A stretch of DNA of 50,150 nucleotides from Candidatus Pampinifervens sinense (GTDB lineage Bacteria; Aquificota; Aquificia; Aquificales; Aquificaceae). The DNA lies in NCBI GenBank assembly GCA_037927135.1, contig JAXSPP010000010.1, forward strand, positions 1 to 50,150, given 5' to 3'. Position 1 is the first letter of the stretch, and each line of letters starts with the position of its first letter. Shown piece after piece: positions 8,872-20,183 of the stretch. The notes under the pieces were generated by a model. That model had not been told where the DNA came from. It saw only the letters and a list, made by a program, of their open reading frames with translations, and did not search any database. The position numbers and the translations under genes are program-made.

Positions 8872-10196
8872 TTTTTACCTCCTTGCATCTCTGAAAGGCT
8901 TACTATAAAGCTCTCAAGCCTTGTCATAATCTCTTGCGACTTGTTTATAAAGGCCTCCACCTTTGCGTACTCTTGTCTTAGCCTTTGCTCTTCCTTAGCT
9001 AACTGTTCCGTAAGCTTTTGAACCCTTATGTTTATCTGGTCAAGCCTGCTCTGGTAATCGTTGGTAAAATTCTGAAGGGCTATGGAAGTTCCAAGGATGT
9101 ATGCTCCCATCCTATCCTTTAGCCTTGAAATAATCTCCTTTAGCTTTTGTGGGTTTGAGCTTGCCAAGGAGTTTATACTGGAGCTGTTTGCTTCAAGTGT
9201 TCCATCCTCCTTTATGCTTACAAGGTCATAGGCAAAAAGCTCATCCAACATCCTTGATAGCTCCGTTTTTATACCCACTATGGAATAATCTCCTTGAAAT
9301 ATGGCATCCTTTGCTGTAAGCTGGTTTACCTGAGATATGACCGCGTTGTAGTTTTTTACAAAGTTGTTGAAAAAGTCCATCACCTTTGAGTGGTCATCCC
9401 TTACACTTATGGTGGCTGTTCCTACCTTCTTTGCCTCCACACTGAGCCCTGTTATGAGGTTCTCAAAGGTGTTAGAAGTGCTTGTAATGGTAGTATTCCC
9501 TATCCTTATTTGGGCATTTTGGGCCTTTTGAAGAACAATTGCACCAGCTTGCTGGCCGTTTATAACAAATGGGGTAGCATAAAATATGGTTGTATAAGCT
9601 GTGCTACCATCAATTGTTGTTTCAAAACTTGAAGTCTTTTCATCCTTTTCTGAAAGCATAAGCTTATAAGAGGTCCCGTCGTAGAATATACTTGCCACTA
9701 TTCTCTTCCCTGCCTTCTCATTTATGGCGTTTACAAGGTCCTGCAATTTCCCACTTCCTGCATCCACGGTGAAATATTCATATTGGTAGTTGCCAAGATT
9801 ATAGCCAAGGGTAAAGCTATCCCAGCTTATAGTAGTGTTTAAGTCATTTACTCCAAAGGTGGTAGCTATAGCCTCCTTTTGAGCAAGCTTTAAAACCTCC
9901 ACGTTTAGCGTAACATTAGGTGTATTCTCTGAGGCTGTAGCTGTTAGCACAGAGCTATCTGAAGATTCTGCCCTCTTGCCCTTAAAGAGGTCATCTACTG
10001 TGAGGCTTTCAAAAACTTTAGATAGGCCCTTTACAGCATCAAGAAGCTTTTGCGTGGCTGATTGTTTTGCTTGAATCTGCTGAGCTTCCTTAGATAGCCT
10101 TTGCAGAGGAAGGGACTTTATCCTTATTATCTGATCTATTATGGAACCCCAGTCAAACTTGCCGGTTAGGTTGTTAAAGTATATCTCACCAGCCAC
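8868..10196 (-). CDS. fliD: Flagellar filament cap FliD
   Basis: N-terminal FDWGSIIDQI, VxKLAQ, SNTFENLITG, FVKNYN, C-terminal coiled coil; between flaG and fliS. Confidence 0.92.
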   Translation of the reverse strand: MAGEIYFNNLTGKFDWGSIIDQIIRIKSLPLQRLSKEAQQIQAKQSATQKLLDAVKGLSKVFESLTVDDLFKGKRAESSDSSVLTATASENTPNVTLNVEVLKLAQKEAIATTFGVNDLNTTISWDSFTLGYNLGNYQYEYFTVDAGSGKLQDLVNAINEKAGKRIVASIFYDGTSYKLMLSEKDEKTSSFETTIDGSTAYTTIFYATPFVINGQQAGAIVLQKAQNAQIRIGNTTITSTSNTFENLITGLSVEAKKVGTATISVRDDHSKVMDFFNNFVKNYNAVISQVNQLTAKDAIFQGDYSIVGIKTELSRMLDELFAYDLVSIKEDGTLEANSSSINSLASSNPQKLKEIISRLKDRMGAYILGTSIALQNFTNDYQSRLDQINIRVQKLTEQLAKEEQRLRQEYAKVEAFINKSQEIMTRLESFIVSLSEMQGGKK

Positions 10197-10197
10197 A

Positions 10198-10566
10198 TCA
10201 AGCCTCCTTGTTTAAAAGTATACCCAGCATTTGGTCTATTTTTTTCATAAGCTCCAATAGGTATTCGGGTGGTATCTGCCTTATCACCCTGTTTGTGTCC
10301 CTTTCAATTATCTTTGCCACGGGAATTTCAAGCTCTGTATCAATCTCTATCCTCAAATACTTATTTAACATATCAAACTTCCTCTTTATTTCCTCCATCA
10401 ACCTCTTTATCTCCTGAGAGCTCACCTTTCCTTCCTGCTCCTCTTTGCTTATCCTTTCTTCCCTTTCCTTCTTTATCTTCTCCAAAGCCCCCTCTTGAGC
10501 TTGTCTTTGAATAACAACCTCCCTATCAGGACCTACCTGACCAAGGTCCTTTGGCTCCACCCTCAT
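10198..10566 (-). CDS. flaG: Flagellar protein FlaG
   Basis: VIRQIPPEYLL motif; start at ATG 10566 after GAGGA. Confidence 0.9.
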   Translation of the reverse strand: MRVEPKDLGQVGPDREVVIQRQAQEGALEKIKKEREERISKEEQEGKVSSQEIKRLMEEIKRKFDMLNKYLRIEIDTELEIPVAKIIERDTNRVIRQIPPEYLLELMKKIDQMLGILLNKEA

Positions 10567-10580
10567 GGCCAATCCTCATA

Positions 10581-10605
10581 AAGGGGAAGGCCAAAGCCTC
10601 CCCTT
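10581..10605 (-). terminator. Hairpin/leaky terminator between fliC and flaG
   Basis: Minus strand AAGGGGAGGC-TTTG-GCCTTCCCCTT with short T tail. Confidence 0.6.
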
Positions 10606-10612
10606 AAACCTA

Positions 10613-12208
10613 TTACCTGAGGAGCTGCAGCACAAGTTGAGGCAAGGTGTTGGCCTGCGCCAGCATTGCCATAGAAGCCTGCATCTTTATCTGTAGCTTA
10701 GTGAAGTTGGTCATCTCCTCTGCATAGTCTGTGTTCCTTATGACGTTCTCCGCTTCCCTTGTGTTGTCCTGCGCCACCTTTTGAGAATCGTATATGGACT
10801 GGAGGTTGTTCATCACCGCACCTATCTGAGCCCTTATGGTATCCACACGCTGGAGTGCTTTTTTGACTATGAGCATAGATTCCTCTGCCTTCTCATTGGT
10901 AAGAACATTGACAGCATAGAGGTTCTTTGCGGTAGCATAACTTCCGCTAGCGATATCAAAGTTAAATCCCTCGTTGATATTTGGATTTCCATCATCAGAA
11001 ACTCCATAGTAGCTAAGTGTATAAGTGTCTATACCAGCTATATCTATAGTGCCTACGTCTATGTAATAGGCGTATTTGTTTGTTGAGGTAAAGGTAACAG
11101 CTTGTGCACCTTCTAACACTTGATTGAGATAAACAGTTACATCGCCAGTACCCTGAACATCTGCTACTACTTGTACTGCTATCGTTTCTCCATTGTTTGT
11201 CTCCAGCACGAGCTTATTGTCTACAACCTTAGCACTTATGGGTGCGTTTTTACCGGAAGCTTGGGTATTTATCGCATCTGCAAGCTGTTGCACACTGGTT
11301 ATTGAACTATCTATGGTTACAGTAAAAGTGGCAGAACCATCAGCGTTAGCATTTCCTATGTAAAAGTTAAGAGTTACTGAGTTAAGAGTTGGGGCACCAC
11401 TTACTGTATAAAAGTTAGCAAAACCAGTAAAGGCTTGGTCTGCTTTGTTGGTATTCTTTGCCACAGCTTCTATACCAAGAGCTTGAAGGTCTTTATTGCT
11501 ATTGATATTCTTAGCAAGGGTGGCTGCATCTACAAATCTTTGTACGCCATCGTAGGATAGAACTCTTATACCTGCTACATCCACATAATCACCAGAATCT
11601 ACAAGCCAGTTGGATGTATTGCCAAGCTGGGCAGAAAAGGTAGCATTCGCTGTAGCTGCACTGCTATAAATTGCTCCTTGACCTTTGGCTAAGTAAGCAC
11701 CAATGTCGTTTGGTAGAACACTTTTGATATTTACCTCTAATACTTGATCCTTTCTCGCTCCGTAATGGATATACCTTTGAGTGAAAGTACCATCAAGGAG
11801 CTTTATGCCGTTGTATTCCGTGTCTGTGCCTATCTTTTTGATAGCATCAATGAAGTTGTCTATTTCCCTCTGCAAGCTTGTCCTTGCGTTGGGGTCGTTA
11901 ATATCGTTGGCTGCACGCACTACCCTTTTATAGATCTCGTTTAGCCTGTCAAAGATCTGACCTGCCGAGCTTTCCGCTATCCTCAAGGCAGAGAGTGCTG
12001 TTTGGATATTTCTGTTTCCCTCCTCAAGGCCCGAACCCACTATCATAAGCTGGTCTGCGATGAAGAGTCCTGCGGAGTCATCGGCTGCGTTAAGGATCCT
12101 AAGACCTGTAGACAGCCTAAGCAGTGACTTGTTCATTTCTCTTTCGTTTCTTAAAATGGCTGTGTGTGTTGCAGCTGCTTCAAAGTTAAAGTTCACTTTT
12201 AGCGCCAT
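10613..12208 (-). CDS. fliC: Flagellin
   Basis: RLSTGLRILNAADDSAG N-terminal domain, RAQIGAVMN...IRNTDYAEEM...MLAQANTLPQLVLQLLR C-terminal domain; SD AAAAGGAGG. Confidence 0.97.
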   Translation of the reverse strand: MALKVNFNFEAAATHTAILRNEREMNKSLLRLSTGLRILNAADDSAGLFIADQLMIVGSGLEEGNRNIQTALSALRIAESSAGQIFDRLNEIYKRVVRAANDINDPNARTSLQREIDNFIDAIKKIGTDTEYNGIKLLDGTFTQRYIHYGARKDQVLEVNIKSVLPNDIGAYLAKGQGAIYSSAATANATFSAQLGNTSNWLVDSGDYVDVAGIRVLSYDGVQRFVDAATLAKNINSNKDLQALGIEAVAKNTNKADQAFTGFANFYTVSGAPTLNSVTLNFYIGNANADGSATFTVTIDSSITSVQQLADAINTQASGKNAPISAKVVDNKLVLETNNGETIAVQVVADVQGTGDVTVYLNQVLEGAQAVTFTSTNKYAYYIDVGTIDIAGIDTYTLSYYGVSDDGNPNINEGFNFDIASGSYATAKNLYAVNVLTNEKAEESMLIVKKALQRVDTIRAQIGAVMNNLQSIYDSQKVAQDNTREAENVIRNTDYAEEMTNFTKLQIKMQASMAMLAQANTLPQLVLQLLR

Positions 12209-12241
12209 GTTCGCACCTCCTTTTAGGTTTTCTGTATGTAT

Positions 12242-13565
<1,324 letters not shown>

Positions 13566-13606
13566 GATGAAAAAAACTTGTATAATTTATCTGTAGGAGG
13601 GTTAAT

Positions 13607-14134
13607 ATGAAGAAACCTACAGTTCAACCCAAGAATGTGGAAAGGCAAGTGCCACAAGGAGGGCTTTTAGTCTCAAAAACAGATTTAAGAGGAGTGATAA
13701 CCTATGCCAACCCTGTGTTTATAGAGGTTTCTGGATATTCGGAGGAGGAGCTTGTAGGCTCCCCACATAACATTGTGCGTCATCCCGATATGCCTAGAAC
13801 GATTTTTAAAATCCTTTGGGATCATATCCAAAGTGGTGATGAAGTATTTGTTTATGTAAAAAATCTGGCAAAGGATGGTAGCTACTATTGGGTGCTTGCT
13901 CATGTTTATCCAGTTTCTGGTGGATACCAAAGCGACGGAAGAGCTGTAGAAAAGAGGGAAGTGTTATCAAGCGTTATAGAACCCTTGTACAGGAAGCTGA
14001 GGGAGATTGAATCCTCCCTTGGTTTGGAGAAGGCAGTGGAGTATTTAAACAATTTAGTAAGAGAAAAGGGTTTTAGTGAATATAATGAATTTATATTCAA
14101 GTTGGCATTCAATAATTTAGGAGGCGGGCAATGA
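13607..14134 (+). CDS. Stand-alone Aer-type PAS (FAD-binding) protein, CetB-like
   Basis: [36 protein letters not shown]; no signalling domain; overlaps next start (ATGA). Confidence 0.88.
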   Translation: MKKPTVQPKNVERQVPQGGLLVSKTDLRGVITYANPVFIEVSGYSEEELVGSPHNIVRHPDMPRTIFKILWDHIQSGDEVFVYVKNLAKDGSYYWVLAHVYPVSGGYQSDGRAVEKREVLSSVIEPLYRKLREIESSLGLEKAVEYLNNLVREKGFSEYNEFIFKLAFNNLGGGQ

Positions 14135-15552
14135 GAGAACTATCTAGCCTTACAAAGATACAGATAGCGAATATTTTGTCTCTTATAGTATTTGCTGTGT
14201 CCTTAGCAGTGGAAATTTATAAATACGGTTTTGAACTGATAAGAGCTATAAACATATTTAACTTCCTACTTGCTTGGTTTATATTTGTGAACGTTATAAA
14301 GGTAAGAAGGTTTGTTAATGATGTCTCCAATATAATTAGGAAGGCGGCCCATGGCAATTTGGAGGATAGACTTGTAAAAATAAAGGAAGGTATGGAGTTA
14401 AAAGAACTTGCTTATAACCTAAACCATCTTTTGGATCAAGTGCAAACATTTATTTCTGAGATTGTGCATTCTGTAGAAAAGGTATCCAATAGAAAGTATT
14501 GGAGAAGACCAAATGTTTATGGTCTTGATGGCGGATACAAGGTTGCTATTCAAAAGCTTGAAAAGCCGTTAAGGGCCATAGAGGAAAATGATAGATTTAT
14601 CCAAAAGGCAATGCTGAACGAGGAATTGTCCAATATAGGAGGAGGCATAGCTGCAAACCTTATGCTGATCTCAAAGGATATGGAAAAGGTTGTAGAAGCT
14701 CTGGAGAGGATAAAGAGCGATAGTGAAAGAACTTTGTTGGTTTCAAGGGAAGGTGTTGGGCAGGTGGAAAATATAATTAAAGATTTAAGGGAAATAATAG
14801 ATATGATAGGAATGTCAAATAAGGTTATAGTTTCTTTGGCAGAAAAAAGTGCAAACATTACGGAAATAGTTAATCTTATAAAGGATATCGCTGACCAGAC
14901 CAATCTACTCTCTTTGAACGCAGCCATTGAGGCGGCAAGGGCTGGGGAGATGGGAAGGGGCTTTGCCGTTGTGGCGGATGAAGTGAGAAAGCTGGCAGAA
15001 CGCACACAAAAGGCAACGGATGAAGTGTCAAAGGTTATAATGGACCTTCAAAACCAGGCAAGGGAAACACAGAAAGAGTCTGAAAGGATGGTTATTAAAG
15101 CGCAGGAGGCGGCCCAGTCCATTAGAAAGTTTAAAGATATAATTACGGAGTTTGAAAAGGCGGCTCAGCAAACTCAGAATACAGCGGTAAAAACCAGCGA
15201 TAAAGTTTATTTAACAACAAAAAAACTTGACCATATAATCTTTAAAAACAGGGTCTATTCGGCTATAGTAAACGACAAATATGATGAACTAGTTCTGACA
15301 GACCATATGGAGTGCGATCTAGGTAAATGGTATTATTCTGATAGATCTATAAAATACAAGGAAAGGCAGGCCTTTAAGGACCTAGAGCATTATCATAAAG
15401 AATTTCATGATATAGCCATAGATCTGGTGGATAAGATGAAGAAAGGTGAGTTAACTACCAAGGATAAAGATCAGATAGTGCGCATCTTTGAATTACTTGA
15501 AGAGCAATCTCAGGAGATATTCAAAAAATTGGATGAAATGGTAGAAGAATAG
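14131..15552 (+). CDS. Methyl-accepting chemotaxis protein (TM hairpin-HAMP-MA-CZB), CetA-like
   Basis: Two close TM helices, [39 protein letters not shown]-terminal CZB motif DH...[11 protein letters not shown]...HKEFH. Confidence 0.92.
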   Translation: MRELSSLTKIQIANILSLIVFAVSLAVEIYKYGFELIRAINIFNFLLAWFIFVNVIKVRRFVNDVSNIIRKAAHGNLEDRLVKIKEGMELKELAYNLNHLLDQVQTFISEIVHSVEKVSNRKYWRRPNVYGLDGGYKVAIQKLEKPLRAIEENDRFIQKAMLNEELSNIGGGIAANLMLISKDMEKVVEALERIKSDSERTLLVSREGVGQVENIIKDLREIIDMIGMSNKVIVSLAEKSANITEIVNLIKDIADQTNLLSLNAAIEAARAGEMGRGFAVVADEVRKLAERTQKATDEVSKVIMDLQNQARETQKESERMVIKAQEAAQSIRKFKDIITEFEKAAQQTQNTAVKTSDKVYLTTKKLDHIIFKNRVYSAIVNDKYDELVLTDHMECDLGKWYYSDRSIKYKERQAFKDLEHYHKEFHDIAIDLVDKMKKGELTTKDKDQIVRIFELLEEQSQEIFKKLDEMVEE

Positions 15553-15563
15553 GGGGTAATAAT

Positions 15564-15797
15564 ATGAAGTATGAAGAGTTTGAAGACCTTTATAAGCTTA
15601 TGGATCAGATTAAAAAGGTGGCAAAACAGAGCAATTTGCTTGCTTTGAATGCGGCCATTGAGGCAGCAAGGGTGGGAGAGGCAGGGAAAGGTTTTTCTGT
15701 AGTTGCTAGTGAATTTAGAAAGCTAGCGAATAATATCAACAGGATTGTGGCTGAGATGGAGGTTGTAGTAAATAAATTAAAAGAGAAGGTAGAGTAG
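15564..15797 (+). CDS. Minimal chemoreceptor consisting only of the signalling hairpin tip
   Basis: [34 protein letters not shown] within 77 aa; own SD (AGGGGGT). Confidence 0.8.
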   Translation: MKYEEFEDLYKLMDQIKKVAKQSNLLALNAAIEAARVGEAGKGFSVVASEFRKLANNINRIVAEMEVVVNKLKEKVE

Positions 15798-15807
15798 GGA
15801 GGCTCTT

Positions 15808-16752
15808 ATGGATGCCTATGGCTTGCCCGAAGTCCTAAAGACAGGCCAAAACGAGCTTGAGATAATAGACTTTAGGATATACGAAGATCTGGAAAGCGGT
15901 GTATATGAATGGATACTTGGTGTAAACGTGGCAAAGGTTAGGGAAGTTCTTGTCTTACCACCTTTGACAAAGGTCCCCAATATGCCGAAAGAAGTGGAAG
16001 GTATGGCAGAGATAAGGGGAGAGCTTATTCCTGTGATTAATTTAGCAAAGTGGCTAAATATAAAGGAACCACAGGGAATAAAGAAATATCTCATTTTTAT
16101 GGAGTTTTTGAGGCAAAGAGTTGGTGTTATCATCCATAAGGCCAACAGGATAAGAAGGATATCTTGGCAAGATATAAAGCCAGCACCCCAGATATTGAAC
16201 GATAAATTGAATGGTAGGATAACTGGTGTGGTAGAGATAGAAGATGGCCTGCTTTTAATACTTGATTTTGAAGGAATATTGAATGATATGAACCTGCTTC
16301 AAATATTCCATCCTATAACTGAAAAGGATAAGGTGGAGGTCAAAAGGCCATATAGGATACTTCTGGTTGAGGACTCACCAGTAGCAAGGAAGATAATAAC
16401 AGATATTCTCACATCCGCCGGACACGATGTTATAGCGGTAGAAAACGGTAAACAAGCCTGGGACACGCTTAACGGTATGTTCAACGAGGCAAAAGAGCAG
16501 GGCAAGAGTATAAGGGATTATATAGACTTGGTCATCACAGATATAGAGATGCCCGAAATGGATGGCCTCACTTTAACTAGACTTATAAAAGAAACACCGG
16601 GCTTTCTAAACCTTCCTGTTATCATAAACACCACCCTATCCGATGATGCAAACAGAGAAAAGGCAAAAATGGTGGGTGCAGATAACTACCTGGTAAAGTT
16701 TGACGCTAAACATCTGCTTGAACTTGTGGAAAGATATGGGGGAATGAAATGA
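15808..16752 (+). CDS. cheV: Chemotaxis protein CheV (CheW + receiver)
   Basis: GVNVAKVREV CheW domain; VEDS...TDIEMPEMDG...KF receiver. Confidence 0.95.
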   Translation: MDAYGLPEVLKTGQNELEIIDFRIYEDLESGVYEWILGVNVAKVREVLVLPPLTKVPNMPKEVEGMAEIRGELIPVINLAKWLNIKEPQGIKKYLIFMEFLRQRVGVIIHKANRIRRISWQDIKPAPQILNDKLNGRITGVVEIEDGLLLILDFEGILNDMNLLQIFHPITEKDKVEVKRPYRILLVEDSPVARKIITDILTSAGHDVIAVENGKQAWDTLNGMFNEAKEQGKSIRDYIDLVITDIEMPEMDGLTLTRLIKETPGFLNLPVIINTTLSDDANREKAKMVGADNYLVKFDAKHLLELVERYGGMK

Positions 16753-18638
16753 TACCCGATGAGCTAAGGGAGATATTTGAAGAGTTTTTAATAGAAGCTA
16801 GCGAACATTTAGAAAATCTTGAAAGTAAGCTCTTGGCCCTTGAAAAAGATCCAAGTAATGAAGAGCTTATAAACTCCGCCTTTAGAAGCATGCATACCCT
16901 GAAAGGTGGAGCTGGCTTTTTAGGTCTTAGTGCCATAGTGGAGGTAGCCCACAGAGCTGAAGATATTTTGGGAAAACTAAAGGAGAAAAAGCTTACGGTA
17001 AATAAAGATATCCTTGATACCCTTCTTAAGACGGTGGATTTCATAAGGGAGGCCTTAAGGTTTTATGGAGAAGGGGAAGAGATAATAGTACCGCAAGACC
17101 TTCTTACTAGGCTTTCTTCCCTAGAAGAAGGTTATACCTTGGAAACATTGCTTGACAAATACGGTTTATCCCATTTGAAAGGTAAGGCACTTGAAGAGAT
17201 ATTGGAAGAGCTTGTTCTTATGCCGCCAAATAAAAGGCCACAGGAGATTATAGACTTCATTGATAGTATGATCAAAAGTCAGGAAAGTGTAGAAAGTAGA
17301 GATGTTTTAGAAAAATTAGATGAAGAAGCTACAAGTAAGATGCTTGAGATGGTAAAAGAAGAGATAGAAACTTTTGAGGATAGATCAATAGCACAAGAAG
17401 GTAAGGATAAAGTTGAGGAATCAGAAATAGCTACAGCTGTTGCAAGGAAAGAAAGAGAAGAGGAAAAGATCTTAAGAGTTGATGTGAGTAAGATAGAAAC
17501 CCTTATGAATCTGGTTGGAGAACTAGTTTTAGACAGAAACAGGCTTTTAATGACCATTGCAGAAATGATCCAAAATATGCCCTCCAACAAATACATAGAA
17601 GAACTAGAATCGGTAGCATCTTCAATAGACAAGACAGTAAGTGACTTACAGCTTGCTGTAATGAAAACCAGAATGCAACCTGTAAGGAGGCTTTTTCAAA
17701 AGTTTAACCGTGTTGTAAGAGATCTGGCACAGCTTACTGGTAAGCAAGTAGAGCTTATTATACAGGGTGAGGATACAGAATTGGACAAGTCCATACTTGA
17801 AAAACTTGAAGAACCCTTGGTACACCTTATTAGAAATGCCCTTGATCATGGTATAGAATTTCCGGAGGAAAGACGCATCCTTGGCAAAAATCCTGTAGGA
17901 AAGATATACCTTAGGACTTATTATCAAGGTGATAGGGTTTATTTAGAAGTGGAAGATGATGGAAGAGGTATAGATATTCATAAAGTGGCTCAAAAGGCCT
18001 TGGAGAAAGGATTGGTTACCAGAGAACAACTTGATAAGATGACGGAAAAGGACATTTTAAGATTAGTATTTATTCCAGGCTTTTCAACTAAGGATCAGGT
18101 TTCGGAAATATCCGGTAGAGGTGTTGGAATGGATACGGTTATGAACACAGTGATAAACTTTAGAGGCACAATAGATATCTGGAGTGAAAAAGGAAAAGGT
18201 ACTAAGATATCCATGGCCTTTCCGCTTACTGTTGGTATCATTAGGTCTTTGCTTGTATCCGTAAGTGGAAGAAGGTTTGCCATTCCTATATTTTTGGTTA
18301 CAGAGATAATACCAGCGGAGAATGCTGAGATAAGACCCCTTTCTGGAAGGAATGTTCTACTTTTAAGGGATCATACTTTACCCCTTTTGAACATGTACGA
18401 TCTTCTTGGCCTTGAAAGGTGTAACACAGGGTACATAATAGTGTGCCTTATAGGGAATCAGAGGATAGCTTTCACCGTTGAAGATTTATATGGCGATGAG
18501 GAAATAGTGGTAAAGCCCCTTGGTAAAATATTTGGTGATCTACGCGGCATATCTGGAGCAACGATCACTGGAGATGGAAAGATAGTGTTCATTTTAGACC
18601 TTGTTGAACTTTTGAAGAATAGAAATCTTAGATCTTAG
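16749..18638 (+). CDS. cheA: Chemotaxis histidine kinase CheA
   Basis: FRSMHTLKG Hpt, LMNLVGEL dimer domain, HLIRNALDHG, DDGRG, SGRGVGMD, C-terminal CheW-like P5; no fused receiver. Confidence 0.97.
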   Translation: MIPDELREIFEEFLIEASEHLENLESKLLALEKDPSNEELINSAFRSMHTLKGGAGFLGLSAIVEVAHRAEDILGKLKEKKLTVNKDILDTLLKTVDFIREALRFYGEGEEIIVPQDLLTRLSSLEEGYTLETLLDKYGLSHLKGKALEEILEELVLMPPNKRPQEIIDFIDSMIKSQESVESRDVLEKLDEEATSKMLEMVKEEIETFEDRSIAQEGKDKVEESEIATAVARKEREEEKILRVDVSKIETLMNLVGELVLDRNRLLMTIAEMIQNMPSNKYIEELESVASSIDKTVSDLQLAVMKTRMQPVRRLFQKFNRVVRDLAQLTGKQVELIIQGEDTELDKSILEKLEEPLVHLIRNALDHGIEFPEERRILGKNPVGKIYLRTYYQGDRVYLEVEDDGRGIDIHKVAQKALEKGLVTREQLDKMTEKDILRLVFIPGFSTKDQVSEISGRGVGMDTVMNTVINFRGTIDIWSEKGKGTKISMAFPLTVGIIRSLLVSVSGRRFAIPIFLVTEIIPAENAEIRPLSGRNVLLLRDHTLPLLNMYDLLGLERCNTGYIIVCLIGNQRIAFTVEDLYGDEEIVVKPLGKIFGDLRGISGATITGDGKIVFILDLVELLKNRNLRS

Positions 18639-18647
18639 GAGGGAAAG

Positions 18648-19118
18648 ATGAGTTTGGTAAGGGTTGGAAATAAGAATCTTTCCATAGCAAAAGCTGATAC
18701 TAAGAAAACTTATGAATTTCTAGCGATATATTTGGAAAATGAGTTTATCGGTATTCCTCTCAAAAATGTTCTAGAGATATCTAAAGTGCTAGAGCTGTTT
18801 CCTGTACCCCTCACACCATCCTATATAAAAGGAGTAATAAACCTTAGAGGCGAAATCATCCCAGTCATATCTATTAAACAGATAATAGGCATACCAGAGA
18901 AAAATCCACCAACAAGGCTTGTTATACTGGAAACCTCTTACGGAAAAGTAGCTGTAGAAGTTGACTCAGTATACGGAGTTATTAAGGTGGAAGAAGGTTT
19001 GCTTGAACCAAATCCAATGACCTCCATATACAGTGAGTTTGTGTCAAACGTTGCCCAGATAAAGGAAGGATTTATAAGTATAATAGATTTGGATAAAGTA
19101 TTTTCAAGGAAAGGCTAG
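18648..19118 (+). CDS. cheW: Chemotaxis coupling protein CheW
   Basis: VPLTPSYIKGVINLRGEIIPVI. Confidence 0.95.
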   Translation: MSLVRVGNKNLSIAKADTKKTYEFLAIYLENEFIGIPLKNVLEISKVLELFPVPLTPSYIKGVINLRGEIIPVISIKQIIGIPEKNPPTRLVILETSYGKVAVEVDSVYGVIKVEEGLLEPNPMTSIYSEFVSNVAQIKEGFISIIDLDKVFSRKG

Positions 19119-19122
19119 AAAA

Positions 19123-19623
19123 ATGGGTAGCATTTTTTTGAAGAAAATAATAGAATTTATCAACAATAAAAGGATGGATATATTTCAAAGCATGTTTTAT
19201 AACCTTTTTGAAAAGTATAAGGGAGACTTAGATAGGTTCATAAATGAATGGTTTATAGAATATTCTTACCATGTTCTAAGGTCATACTTCAAAGAAGAAG
19301 TTTTTAAGGAAGAGTTTGAGATATTCTATAAGAAAAGGTCCAGCATCTTGAAAGCTTATATCAAGGCATATTGGGCATACTGTATAGAGCCAGCAAGAAA
19401 ACCCTATGCCGTTGAAGCAGCTGTAGCATTTTTCAATTTGGAAGATTTAGATGAACAAACCCTTAAGCGTAAGTATAGGGAGCTGGTGAAAACCTTCCAT
19501 CCAGACATATATCCTGATAAGAAACTTGCCAATGAAAAATTGAAGGAAATCCACCACTATTACCAAATATTAAAAGCTTATCTTACAAAATTTAGAAGAG
19601 AGGAGAAGAGCTATCATGGATAA
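19123..19623 (+). CDS. Protein with C-terminal J-domain (DnaJ-type co-chaperone)
   Basis: LKRKYRELVKTFHPD...ANEKLKEIHHYYQIL = helix II-HPD-helix III. Confidence 0.8.
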   Translation: MGSIFLKKIIEFINNKRMDIFQSMFYNLFEKYKGDLDRFINEWFIEYSYHVLRSYFKEEVFKEEFEIFYKKRSSILKAYIKAYWAYCIEPARKPYAVEAAVAFFNLEDLDEQTLKRKYRELVKTFHPDIYPDKKLANEKLKEIHHYYQILKAYLTKFRREEKSYHG

Positions 19624-20173
19624 TGTGAAAAAAATAATTGCTACAATTTTAAATGAAATTAAGACACTTGAAGATAAGCTAGAAGGTATAGTATCTGCAA
19701 TAAGGTATACAGAGGAGGTTGTTACTCCTACCGTATCGGAAAGCTTACGCGAAGTTGTAAAATATTCTGAGGATAGTGTTAGAAAGATATTAGATAATAT
19801 TGATAAAATCTCTCAAAACTCCAAAGATATTTCGGGCATCATAGAGGATCTATTGAAGTTAGATATAGATAGCTCTGTAAGATGGAGGCTTAACCTTATA
19901 AAGATTAAAAATAATGAGAACTTGAGCCTCTTAATCAAAATATATGAGCTGTTTTCCTTTCAGGATTTGTCCAATCAGCAGATATATGAGGTTATTAAAC
20001 TTCTTGAAGAGACAAAGAAAAAACTTATTGAATTGGCAGAGATTTCTATTGAAAGTACAGATATTCCAGAAGATAAAAAGATTAAAGCTATAGGTAAGGT
20101 GCATGAGCTTATATCTGGAAGTAGAATATCTCAAGAAGAAGTTGATGAAATCTTAAAAGAGCTTGGACTATAG
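19616..20173 (+). CDS. cheZ: CheZ-like CheY-P phosphatase
   Basis: FQDLSNQQI (catalytic DxxxQ) and C-terminal SQEEVDEILKELGL CheY-binding peptide; next to cheY. Confidence 0.8.
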   Translation: MDNVKKIIATILNEIKTLEDKLEGIVSAIRYTEEVVTPTVSESLREVVKYSEDSVRKILDNIDKISQNSKDISGIIEDLLKLDIDSSVRWRLNLIKIKNNENLSLLIKIYELFSFQDLSNQQIYEVIKLLEETKKKLIELAEISIESTDIPEDKKIKAIGKVHELISGSRISQEEVDEILKELGL

Positions 20174-20183
20174 GAGGATTGCC

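Noticed and set aside
14131..15797. Mini-MCP as a frameshifted or readthrough continuation of the upstream MCP
   Set aside because: The upstream MCP is complete with its own tip and CZB; the mini-ORF has a separate SD and start
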